64,000 nt of DNA from Thermoplasmatota archaeon (lineage in GTDB: Archaea > Thermoplasmatota > Thermoplasmata > UBA10834), in the NCBI GenBank assembly GCA_040751795.1, contig JBFMHR010000002.1, positions 96,001-160,000 on the forward strand. Reading direction: 5' to 3'. Of this stretch, positions 29,548-37,459 are shown piece after piece. The notes under the pieces were generated by a model that saw nothing but the letters and a program-made list of their open reading frames with translations, did not search any database and was not told the origin of the DNA. Within the stretch, counting starts at the first letter, position 1. Each line of letters opens with the position of its first letter. The position numbers were made by a program, and so were the translations under genes.

Positions 29548-30771
29548 ATGACGGTCGTGCTGGAGTCGATACTGGACACCCTGCTCGAAGAGGTCTGGTT
29601 CGAGCTCACCTTCCTCCTCGCGGTCTCGCTGATCGCGGCCTTCCTCTTCGCGCGCTTCGGGCAGCCGAAGGTCATAGGGTACATAGTCATTGGGGTGGTC
29701 ATCGGGCCCAGCGTCCTCGGAATCATCCAGGCGGGCGAGGGGGGCACCTCCGGCCTGCCCGAGACGATCATGATGCTCGCCGAGCTCGGCTCGATCATCC
29801 TCCTGTTCATGATCGGCCTCGAGTGCGACCTGAAGGAGATCTACACGAGGAAGTCGATAACGATAGCCCTCGGGGGCATCGCCGTCCCCTGGATGGCGGG
29901 CTACGCCGTCGCCTACATGTTCGGGTACGAGGCGGACGCCGTGTTCATAGGCGCGACCCTCGTCGCGACGAGCGTGGCGGTCACGGCGAGCGTCCTGTCC
30001 GAGCTGGGCCTCATAGGCACCCCCGTCGCCTACGCCATCGTGGGCGCGGCCGTGGTGGACGACGTGCTCGGCATGGTCGTCCTCGGGGTCTCCAAGGGGA
30101 TCTCGCAGGGGGAGCTCGACACGTTCGGCATGGGCCTGCTCCTGGTCGGCGCGGTCCTCTTCGTCGTGATAGGCGCGTACGTCGGCTCCAGGTTCCTCGC
30201 GAAGCTGGTGTTCGACGTGCAGATCTCCGGCTACCGCCGCAAGATGCCCATGAGCGGGTTCATACTCGCCCTCGCGATAGCCTTCCTCTACTCGTTCATC
30301 GCGGAGGCGATACAGATCTCGGCGATAGTGGGGGCGTTCGTCGCGGGGACCGCCTTCTCCGGCTCCGCCCTCAGGGACGGGTTCAGGAAGGGGACCCAGT
30401 ACCTCGAGGCGCTCTTCGTCCCCCTCTTCTTCGTCTCCCTCGGGACCGCGGTGGACATCGAGAACATATGGGAGACCATCGTCTTCGGGCTCGTGCTGAC
30501 CGCGGTGGCGGTCGCCTCCAAGGTGGTGGGCTGCGCCATCCCGGCGCGCCTCACCGGCATGTCCAAGTGGGACTCCGTGGCGGTCGGCGTGGGGATGGTG
30601 CCCCGCCTCGAGATCGCCTTCATAATCGCCTACTACGGCCTGTCGACCGAGATAATCGACGTCGAGGTGTACTCGGTCGTCGTCTTCATGGGCCTGCTCA
30701 CCGCGCTCTTCACGCCATCGATACTGAAGCACACGCTCAGGCGGGGCGGGCACAAGCCCTTCGGGATATGA
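29548..30771 (+). CDS. Cation:proton antiporter (CPA2/NapA-like)
   Basis: PKVIGYIVIGVVIGP, LVATSVAVT, GAAVVDDVL, GMVPRLEI. Confidence 0.92.
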   Translation: MTVVLESILDTLLEEVWFELTFLLAVSLIAAFLFARFGQPKVIGYIVIGVVIGPSVLGIIQAGEGGTSGLPETIMMLAELGSIILLFMIGLECDLKEIYTRKSITIALGGIAVPWMAGYAVAYMFGYEADAVFIGATLVATSVAVTASVLSELGLIGTPVAYAIVGAAVVDDVLGMVVLGVSKGISQGELDTFGMGLLLVGAVLFVVIGAYVGSRFLAKLVFDVQISGYRRKMPMSGFILALAIAFLYSFIAEAIQISAIVGAFVAGTAFSGSALRDGFRKGTQYLEALFVPLFFVSLGTAVDIENIWETIVFGLVLTAVAVASKVVGCAIPARLTGMSKWDSVAVGVGMVPRLEIAFIIAYYGLSTEIIDVEVYSVVVFMGLLTALFTPSILKHTLRRGGHKPFGI

Positions 30772-30787
30772 TCTTCCGCCGCCCGGT

Positions 30788-30988
30788 TCAGTTGTGCGCC
30801 ATGGCCGCGGCGTGCGAGTGGTCCCTGCCCTTCAGCGCGTCGAAACCCTCGTCGGCGGCGGGGCCCTCCCGGCCGAGTGCGAGCAGGAATGCGCGCCCGA
30901 ATGCTATCGCGGCGTCCCTGTGCCCCTCCTCGAGCTCCATCAGGAACGCCTTCCCGACCAGCAGCGCGAACCGCTTGTCCTTCTTCAT
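30788..30988 (-). CDS. Small hypothetical protein (66 aa)
   Basis: MKKDKRFALLVGKAFLMELEEGHRDAAIAFGRAFLLAL...; GC3-biased codons, purine-rich SD-like stretch, TTTATA ~50 nt upstream. Confidence 0.5.
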   Translation of the reverse strand: MKKDKRFALLVGKAFLMELEEGHRDAAIAFGRAFLLALGREGPAADEGFDALKGRDHSHAAAMAHN

Positions 30989-31113
30989 CGCGAACCCTTT
31001 CCTCTTCGCTGAGACATAATCGTCCCCGCGGGGGTATAAAGGGCGGGCACTTGGCAATCAGGGATGATTCTCAATCGCGGGAAGACCGCCCCGGACAGGG
31101 CGGCGGGGCGACG

Positions 31114-32385
31114 TCATCTGGCTCGGCCTATGACCTCGGTGCCCTTCATATAGGGCCTGAGCGCCTCGGGCACCGTCACGGTGCCGTCCCTGTTCTGGTA
31201 GTTCTCCAGCACCGAGGCCATGGTCCTGGGGAGGGCTATCCCCGAGCCGTTCAGGGTGTGGACGAACTCGCTCTTGAGGTGCGGCTCCCTCCGGAACTTG
31301 ATCATGGCCCTCCGGGCCTGGAACTCCTTGAAGTCGCTGCAGGAGGAGACCTCGAGCCACTGGTCCATGCCGGGGGCGTACGCCTCTATGTCGTAGGTCT
31401 TGGAGGAGTGGAACCCGACGCTCCCCGTGCAGAGGAGCCTGATCCTGTAGGGGAGCTTCAGGGCCTGCGTCACGGCCTCCGCGTCCGCGAGGAGCGTCTC
31501 CAGCTCCTGCTGCGAGGTCTCGGGCGCCACGAACTTGACGAGCTCGACCTTGTTGAACTGGTGCACCCTCGCTATGCCCTTGGTCTCAATGTGCTTGCCC
31601 GCCTCGCGCCTGAAGGAGGGGAGGTAGGCCGTGTGGTACACCGGGAGCTGCTTCATGTCGAATATCTCGTCCGCGTACAGGTTGGTGACAGGGACCTCCG
31701 CGGTGGGGTTGAGCCAGAGGTCGTCCCTCTCGACCCAGTACATGTCGTCCTGCATCTTGGGGAGCTGCCCAGTGCCGACGCAGCTCCTCCGGTTCACGAT
31801 GGCGGGGGGGAAGACCTCCCTGTAGCCCTGCGCGTGGTGCAGGTCGAGCATGAAGTTGATGAGCGCCCTCTCGAGCCTCGCGCCGTCGCCCTTGAGGACG
31901 TAGAACCCCGTCCCGGTGACCTTCACGCCGCGGTCGAAGTCGAGTATGTCCAGCCTCTCGCCGATGTCCCAGTGCGGCAGGGGCTTGAAGTCGAAGTCCC
32001 TCTTCGCCCCCCAGGTCCTCAGGAACACGTCCCCCGCGTCCAGGTCGCCTATCGGGACGCTCGGGTCGGGGACGTTGGGTATGTTGAGCAGGAGGTCGTC
32101 CCTCTCGCCCTCGATCCTCTTGACCTCCGCCTCCGTGAGCTTGATCTTCTCGGCGATGCCCTTCATCTCCGCGATCTTGGCCTGCTTCTCCTCCTTGGGG
32201 AGCTTGGGCACCAGCTCGGAGACCTCGTTCCTGTGGCGCCTGAGGGCGTTCCCCTCCTCGGTGAGCGAGCGCCACCTCGAGTCGAGCTCCACGAACCTGT
32301 CGAGGACGGACTCGTCGGACCTCCTGTTCTTCAGCGCCTGCCTGACGGCCTCCTCGTTCTCGCGGATGTACCTAGCGTCTAGCAT
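31114..32385 (-). CDS. serS: Seryl-tRNA synthetase (standard type)
   Basis: N-terminal coiled coil, PTAEVP, FRREAG, RVHQFNKVEL, EVSSCS, HTLNGSGIALPR. Confidence 0.97.
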   Translation of the reverse strand: MLDARYIRENEEAVRQALKNRRSDESVLDRFVELDSRWRSLTEEGNALRRHRNEVSELVPKLPKEEKQAKIAEMKGIAEKIKLTEAEVKRIEGERDDLLLNIPNVPDPSVPIGDLDAGDVFLRTWGAKRDFDFKPLPHWDIGERLDILDFDRGVKVTGTGFYVLKGDGARLERALINFMLDLHHAQGYREVFPPAIVNRRSCVGTGQLPKMQDDMYWVERDDLWLNPTAEVPVTNLYADEIFDMKQLPVYHTAYLPSFRREAGKHIETKGIARVHQFNKVELVKFVAPETSQQELETLLADAEAVTQALKLPYRIRLLCTGSVGFHSSKTYDIEAYAPGMDQWLEVSSCSDFKEFQARRAMIKFRREPHLKSEFVHTLNGSGIALPRTMASVLENYQNRDGTVTVPEALRPYMKGTEVIGRAR

Positions 32386-32448
32386 GCCTGGACACCTCCG
32401 GACCGGTTGTCAACGTGCGTGTCCGTATTTAAACCCTGAGCAGGGCGC

Positions 32449-32706
32449 TCACTCCTTGGCCAGCACCGCGGTCCTGCCGCGGACCTCCACGAGCACCGCG
32501 GACGCCCTGGACGCGAGCGCCTCGGCCGCCCCGTGCCTGTCCTGCTCGACCGATGGCAGGAGGCGGACCTTCACGAGGCGCTTCGCCTTCAGCTGCTTCG
32601 CCACCTCGGCCACGACGTCGTCCGTGACGCCGTCCTTCCCCACGTGCACGGTCGCCTCGATGTGCTGCGCGGCGCCCTTGAGCTGCGCCCTCCTCCTCTT
32701 GTCCAT
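32449..32706 (-). CDS. yhbY: YhbY/CRM-domain RNA-binding protein
   Basis: VHVGKDGVTDDVVAEVAKQLKAKRLVKVR...VRGRTAVL. Confidence 0.9.
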   Translation of the reverse strand: MDKRRRAQLKGAAQHIEATVHVGKDGVTDDVVAEVAKQLKAKRLVKVRLLPSVEQDRHGAAEALASRASAVLVEVRGRTAVLAKE

Positions 32707-32710
32707 CTCC

Positions 32711-33031
32711 TCACGCCCTCCCCTTCGCCCTCAGCGGGTACCTCTGGACATGGCCGCACATGAGGCACGTCATCGAGACCCTGCCGGAGCCGGTCCTGAC
32801 CCTCACGTTCCTCGGGGGGACGAAGTAGGCGTGGCACTCGGGGCAGTAGGTCCTCTTGTGCGTCGCCCTCACCTTGTGCCTCTCGCTCATCCTCAGGGCC
32901 AGGCCGACGTACCTCCTCGCCCTCGCGTCGTCGCCCCTCTTGGCCTCGACGGCCGCTTCGTAGAAGAGGATGTCCACCCTCTCCTCCGCGATGTCCTTCG
33001 CCCCTCTCTTGCTGACGTGTCTCCGGGCCAT
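32711..33031 (-). CDS. rnp4: Ribonuclease P protein component 4 (Rpp21)
   Basis: IAEERVDILF, ARRYVGLA, YCPECH...VRVR...TCLMCGHVQRYP zinc ribbon. Confidence 0.92.
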   Translation of the reverse strand: MARRHVSKRGAKDIAEERVDILFYEAAVEAKRGDDARARRYVGLALRMSERHKVRATHKRTYCPECHAYFVPPRNVRVRTGSGRVSMTCLMCGHVQRYPLRAKGRA

Positions 33032-33134
33032 CCGCCATTGTCAAGGGCTTGGTGATAGATATACCCCTGCCCCGGGCGCCGCGGTGCCAGATGGTGGCAG
33101 GGCGTGTCCCCGCGAATCCCCACGGGTCAGTGAG

Positions 33135-33189
33135 TTTTATATACGACTAGCCTTATCACGCAGACCTGGTATCAGTCTTACCACCAGGT
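33135..33189 (+). promoter_or_regulatory. TATA box and 5'-UTR hairpin of rpl10e
   Basis: TTTTATATA 33135-33143; ACCTGGT (33164-70) pairs perfectly with ACCAGGT (33183-89), which overlaps the SD-like AGGTG. Confidence 0.5.
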
Positions 33190-33197
33190 GTCGGTCC

Positions 33198-33725
33198 ATG
33201 ACGCGGAAACCCGGGAGCATGTACAGGGAGATCAAGGGGCAGGCCTACTGCCGCAGGGAGTACATGGGAGGGGTTCCCGCCACGAGGATCACCCAGTTCG
33301 AGCACGGGGTCAAGGCGGACTACCCTGTCCGCATGACGCTCAGGGCCGTCGAGCAGTGCCAGATACGCCACATAGCCCTCGAGGCGGCCCGTATCTCGGC
33401 GAACAGGCTGCTGGCCAAGAAGATCGGCACCACGGGCTACCACCTCAAGATCAGGGTCTATCCCCACAACGTCCTCCGCGAGAACAAGATCGCGACGGGC
33501 GCGGGCGCTGACCGTATATCCGAGGGCATGAGGGCCGCGTTCGGCAAGCCCATCGGCACGGCCGCGAGGATCAAGCCCGACCAGGGGCTCATCACCCTCG
33601 AGACCACGGCCACGCACATCGCCACCGCGAAGCAGGCCCTGAAGAGGGCCGCCATCAAGCTCCCGACGCCGTGCTACATCGACGTCGAGAGGAGCCCGAA
33701 GAGCGTCGCGGCACCGGTCGCCTGA
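33198..33725 (+). CDS. rpl10e: 50S ribosomal protein uL16 (L10e)
   Basis: MTRKPGSMYR...YMGGVP, ALEAARISANR, RVYPHNVLRENK.ATGAGADRISEGMRAAFGKP; ATG 33198. Confidence 0.96.
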   Translation: MTRKPGSMYREIKGQAYCRREYMGGVPATRITQFEHGVKADYPVRMTLRAVEQCQIRHIALEAARISANRLLAKKIGTTGYHLKIRVYPHNVLRENKIATGAGADRISEGMRAAFGKPIGTAARIKPDQGLITLETTATHIATAKQALKRAAIKLPTPCYIDVERSPKSVAAPVA

Positions 33726-33747
33726 GCCGCGGACGGCCTAGGAGCGC

Positions 33748-33760
33748 ACAACGTTTTTTA
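33748..33760 (+). terminator. Oligo-T terminator after rpl10e
   Basis: CAACGTTTTTTAC, a T6 run ~30 nt after the stop. Confidence 0.5.
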
Positions 33761-33840
33761 CAGGGGGCCACTTTACACCCTCTTGTCCACCCGGGCGGTG
33801 CGCGCCGAATCCCCCGCGCGGGCGGAGGGGGGCGAAGCAG

Positions 33841-34836
33841 TTGTTCGATGTTGACCTCGCTGCCGCGATATCGGAGCTGAAGAGGATCAAGGCGAGGGTC
33901 GTCGCCCTGCAGGTCCCCGAGGGCCTGAAGAGGCGCGCATACCAGTACGCCGAGGACATCGAGAAGAAGTCCGGCTCCGAGGTGGTCGTCGTGGCCGAGC
34001 CGTGCTTCGGCGCGTGCGACGTCCCCAGCTCGCTGTTCGAGATGGTCGACGCGGTCGTGCACATAGGCCACTCGCCCATCCCGTCGCTGAGGTTCGGCAA
34101 GCCCGTCATATTCGTCTCGGCGCTGTCCAAGGCCCCCATGGGGGACCAGCTCAAGAAGTCCGTGGACCTCCTCAAGGAGCCGGTCGGGGTCCTTTCCACT
34201 ACGCCGCACCTCGCGGAGCTCGACTCGGTGGTCGAGGGGCTCGAGAGCCTGGGCCTCAAGGTCCGCCTGGGCGAGGGGGACGGGAGGATCTCCCACGCGG
34301 GGGAGGTCCTGGGCTGCAACTACTCGTCCGCGCACTCGGTGGCCAAGGAGGTCAACTCCTACCTGCTCATAGGCAGCGGGACCTTCCACGCGCTCGGGGT
34401 CCACCTCGCGACCGGGAAGAAGGTCGTCGTCCTGGACCCGCACCTGGAGGACCCTGTCGAGATCGACCAGGTCAAGGACAAGATACTCCGCCAGAGGCAC
34501 GCGGTCATAGAGAGGGCGCAGAGGGCCAGGACGTTCGGGATCATCATAGGCGAGAAGGTCGGCCAGAGGAGGCTTCAGAGGGCCAGGGAGCTCAGGAAGC
34601 TCCTCCGGTGGAAGCGCAGGGATGCGGTCCTCATAATGATGGACAAGTTCGACCCCGAGAAGCTCAAGTCCCTGGGCTTCGACGCCTATGTCTCCACCGC
34701 GTGCCCGAGGATCGCGATCGACGACGTGATGATGTACGACAAGCCGCTCCTGACGCCGCAGGAGCTCGAGATCGTCCTGGGAGTGAGGAACTGGGAGAAC
34801 TACGTCTTCGACCAGATGACCGAGGACGAGGTATAG
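33841..34836 (+). CDS. dph2: 2-(3-amino-3-carboxypropyl)histidine synthase (diphthamide biosynthesis Dph2)
   Basis: VALQVPEGLK, PCFGACD, GEVLGCNYS, VSTACPRIAIDD (three Fe-S cysteines); TTG start. Confidence 0.94.
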   Translation: MFDVDLAAAISELKRIKARVVALQVPEGLKRRAYQYAEDIEKKSGSEVVVVAEPCFGACDVPSSLFEMVDAVVHIGHSPIPSLRFGKPVIFVSALSKAPMGDQLKKSVDLLKEPVGVLSTTPHLAELDSVVEGLESLGLKVRLGEGDGRISHAGEVLGCNYSSAHSVAKEVNSYLLIGSGTFHALGVHLATGKKVVVLDPHLEDPVEIDQVKDKILRQRHAVIERAQRARTFGIIIGEKVGQRRLQRARELRKLLRWKRRDAVLIMMDKFDPEKLKSLGFDAYVSTACPRIAIDDVMMYDKPLLTPQELEIVLGVRNWENYVFDQMTEDEV

Positions 34837-34850
34837 GCGGTGCCCTCCAG

Positions 34851-35618
34851 ATGGATGTCCCGGGTCTGATGTCCTGCGGGTGCTCGAGCGGGTCGACCGT
34901 GGGCATAGGCGTGCCCGAGGCCCAGCTCACCGCGACCGCGGCGAGGCTGCGCGGGCTGGGGTGCGCCGTGAGGCTGGAGCGTTTCGACTCCGCGGGCGCC
35001 CTCGTCCGCGCCCTCCGCGACGGCTCGGTCGACGCGGCGGTGAGGGGGACCCTGTCCTCCTCCGACTCGGTCCGGGAGCTGAAGGGCGCCTTCGGCCTCG
35101 GGGAGGTCATGCGCGTCGCGGTGCTGGCCGACAGGACCCGCAGGCCGTTCCTCCTCGCGCCCGTGGGCATAGACGAGGGGAGGGACCTCCAGGGCAGGCT
35201 CAGGCTGGCCATGGCAGCGTCCGCCTACTTCGGGCAGGCCGGCTGGAGCCTCTCGGCGGGGGTCCTCTCCAGGGGGAGGCCCGAGGACGCGGGAAGGGGC
35301 GAGGACATCCGCCGGAGCCTGGAGGAGGGGGAGGCGCTCGCGTCTGAGCTCACCGGGTCGGGGATGGACGCGCGGCACTACGCGATACTCGTGGAGCAGG
35401 CCGTCTCGGAGAGGGACCTGGTCATCGCCCCCGACGGCGTGTCGGGCAACCTGATGTTCAGGACGCTCCACCTGGTCGGCGGGTGCGAGGCGTACGGCGC
35501 CCCCGTGGTGAACATCCCCAGGGTGTTCGTGGACACCACGAGGGCCAAGGCGGACTTCTCGGACGCTGTCATGCTCGCGGCGGGCCTGGCACTGCGCATC
35601 GGCAGGGGCCGGCCGTGA
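34851..35618 (+). CDS. mtxX: MtxX / methanogenesis marker protein 4 family (phosphotransacetylase-like fold)
   Basis: DAAVRGTLSS, FLLAPVGIDEG, GVLSRGRPED, HYAILVE, IAPDGVSGNLMFRTL, YGAPVV; ATG 34851. Confidence 0.8.
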   Translation: MDVPGLMSCGCSSGSTVGIGVPEAQLTATAARLRGLGCAVRLERFDSAGALVRALRDGSVDAAVRGTLSSSDSVRELKGAFGLGEVMRVAVLADRTRRPFLLAPVGIDEGRDLQGRLRLAMAASAYFGQAGWSLSAGVLSRGRPEDAGRGEDIRRSLEEGEALASELTGSGMDARHYAILVEQAVSERDLVIAPDGVSGNLMFRTLHLVGGCEAYGAPVVNIPRVFVDTTRAKADFSDAVMLAAGLALRIGRGRP

Positions 35619-35653
35619 AACTATTTTAAGGGCCCCCGAGCTATCCCAGTCCG

Positions 35654-36121
35654 ATGAGGCTGGAGATAAACGGCTGGGTCTCGAAGATAACCTTCTCCGC
35701 GACCCACCTGATCGCCGGGCACTCCAAGTGCGGCAGGCTGCACGGCCACGACTACGCCATCAACGCGGTCATAGAGGGCGAGGTCGGCGGGGACGGCGTC
35801 ATAATGGACTTCATAGACGTCAAGGAGTTCCTAAGGGGCGTGGCGTCGGAGCTCGACCACAAGGTCCTGGTCCCGGGGAACGACCGGTCCGTCGTGGTGA
35901 GCGGCGAGTCCGTCAGGTATTCGGCGGGGGGGAAGTCCTACGAGTTCCCGCGGTCCGACTGCGTCCTGCTGGACGTGTCCGTGACATCGGCCGAGGAGCT
36001 GTCGGAGTGGGTCATCAGGCGGCTCCTCGAGAAGGTCGAGTTCCCGGGGAACGTCAAGAGGGTCGAGGTCGGCGTGGACGAGGGGAGGGGCCAGGGCGTC
36101 TGGACCTCCAGGGACCTCTGA
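35654..36121 (+). CDS. queD: 6-carboxy-5,6,7,8-tetrahydropterin synthase
   Basis: FSATH...CGRLHGHDY, MDF, LDHK, TSAEELS. Confidence 0.9.
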   Translation: MRLEINGWVSKITFSATHLIAGHSKCGRLHGHDYAINAVIEGEVGGDGVIMDFIDVKEFLRGVASELDHKVLVPGNDRSVVVSGESVRYSAGGKSYEFPRSDCVLLDVSVTSAEELSEWVIRRLLEKVEFPGNVKRVEVGVDEGRGQGVWTSRDL

Positions 36122-36128
36122 CCGGGGG

Positions 36129-36824
36129 ATGGCTGAATTGTCCAAGGCTGTCGTTCTGCTCTCTGGCGGGCTCGATTCCTCCACGGTGCTGGCCATCGCC
36201 CGGGAGAGGGGCCACGAGGCCGTGGCGCTCACATTCGACTACGGGCAGAGGCACGACAGGGAGATACGCTGCGCGAGGGAGGTGGCCAAGGCGCTGGGCG
36301 CGGTCGAGCACATAGTGCTCCAGATCCCCCTGGGGCCTCTGATGGACAGCTCGTTGACGCACGCAGACCGTGCCGTGCCGGAGGGCCGTTCGAGGGAGGA
36401 CATCGCCGGGGGCATCCCGAACACATATGTCCCGTCGAGGAACATCATATTCCTGAGCATCGCGGCCTCGGTCGCGGAGAGCATGGGCGCCGAGTCGGTG
36501 TTCATCGCGGCGAACGCTGTCGACTTCAGCGGGTACCCCGACTGCACCCCTGAGTTCATCCAGGCGTTCCAGAGGGTCATGGACGTCGGGACCAAGGCGG
36601 GCAAGGGGGGCCGGCCTGTGAGGATCGAGGCCCCGGTCATCCGCATGACGAAGGCCGGGATCGTGAAGGAGGCCGTCAGGCTGGGCGTCCCGCTGGAGCT
36701 CACCTGGAGCTGCTACAAGGGGGGCGAGAGAGCATGTGGAGCGTGCGACTCGTGCCTCCTCAGGCTTGAGGGGTTCAGGCAGGCGGGAGAGGTGGACCCG
36801 CTGGACTACGAGGTGAGGCCATGA
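36129..36824 (+). CDS. queC: 7-cyano-7-deazaguanine synthase
   Basis: LLSGGLDSST, FDYGQRH, TYVPSRN, GYPDC, TWSCY...CGACDSC. Confidence 0.96.
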   Translation: MAELSKAVVLLSGGLDSSTVLAIARERGHEAVALTFDYGQRHDREIRCAREVAKALGAVEHIVLQIPLGPLMDSSLTHADRAVPEGRSREDIAGGIPNTYVPSRNIIFLSIAASVAESMGAESVFIAANAVDFSGYPDCTPEFIQAFQRVMDVGTKAGKGGRPVRIEAPVIRMTKAGIVKEAVRLGVPLELTWSCYKGGERACGACDSCLLRLEGFRQAGEVDPLDYEVRP

Positions 36825-37450
36825 AGGTGTACTCGATATTCAGGTCGATCCAGGGGGAGGGCAGGACCATGGGGGCGCCCACGGTGTTCGTGAGGACCTC
36901 CGGCTGCCCTCTCAGGTGCACTTACTGCGACACGAAGCAGGCCTACGAGGAGGGCTCGGTGATGAGCATCGAGTCCATCATGAAGGAGGTGCGGAAGCAC
37001 AAGGCCCGCCACGTCTGCCTCACAGGCGGGGAGCCCCTCATGCAGAGGGACGCCCCTGCCCTGATAAGGAAGCTGCTGGAGGCGGGCTACAGGGTGGTCG
37101 TGGAGACCAACGGGGCGATGCCGCTGGACGACATGCCCTGCGACGACAACCTCTCAATCAGCATGGACATCAAGTGCCCATCATCGGGCGAGGCCGAGAA
37201 GATGCTCTTCGAGAACATGGAGATGCTCGGCCCGATGGACCAGCTGAAGTTCGTCGTCTCGGACAAGGCGGACTACGAGTACGCGAAGGAGGTCATCCGG
37301 GAGCACCCGCCCAAGTGCGACGTGATACTCACCCCGGTCGGCGGGAAGGACCTCCGTTGGCTCGCGGAGAGCGCCTTGAAGGACGGCCTGGACGTGCGCG
37401 TCATGCCCCAGCTGCACAAGATCATATGGGGCGAAGAGGACAACCGGTGA
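36821..37450 (+). CDS. queE: 7-carboxy-7-deazaguanine synthase (radical SAM)
   Basis: IFRSIQGEG, GCPLRCTYCDT, LTGGEP, ETNG, PQLHKIIW; ATGA overlap with queC. Confidence 0.94.
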   Translation: MKVYSIFRSIQGEGRTMGAPTVFVRTSGCPLRCTYCDTKQAYEEGSVMSIESIMKEVRKHKARHVCLTGGEPLMQRDAPALIRKLLEAGYRVVVETNGAMPLDDMPCDDNLSISMDIKCPSSGEAEKMLFENMEMLGPMDQLKFVVSDKADYEYAKEVIREHPPKCDVILTPVGGKDLRWLAESALKDGLDVRVMPQLHKIIWGEEDNR

Positions 37451-37459
37451 CGCCCATCC

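Noticed and set aside
35654-37450. queDCE as part of a Dpd 7-deazaguanine DNA-modification defence island
   Set aside because: No dpdA or other dpd genes nearby; the context is core translation genes, so archaeosine tRNA modification is the simpler explanation.
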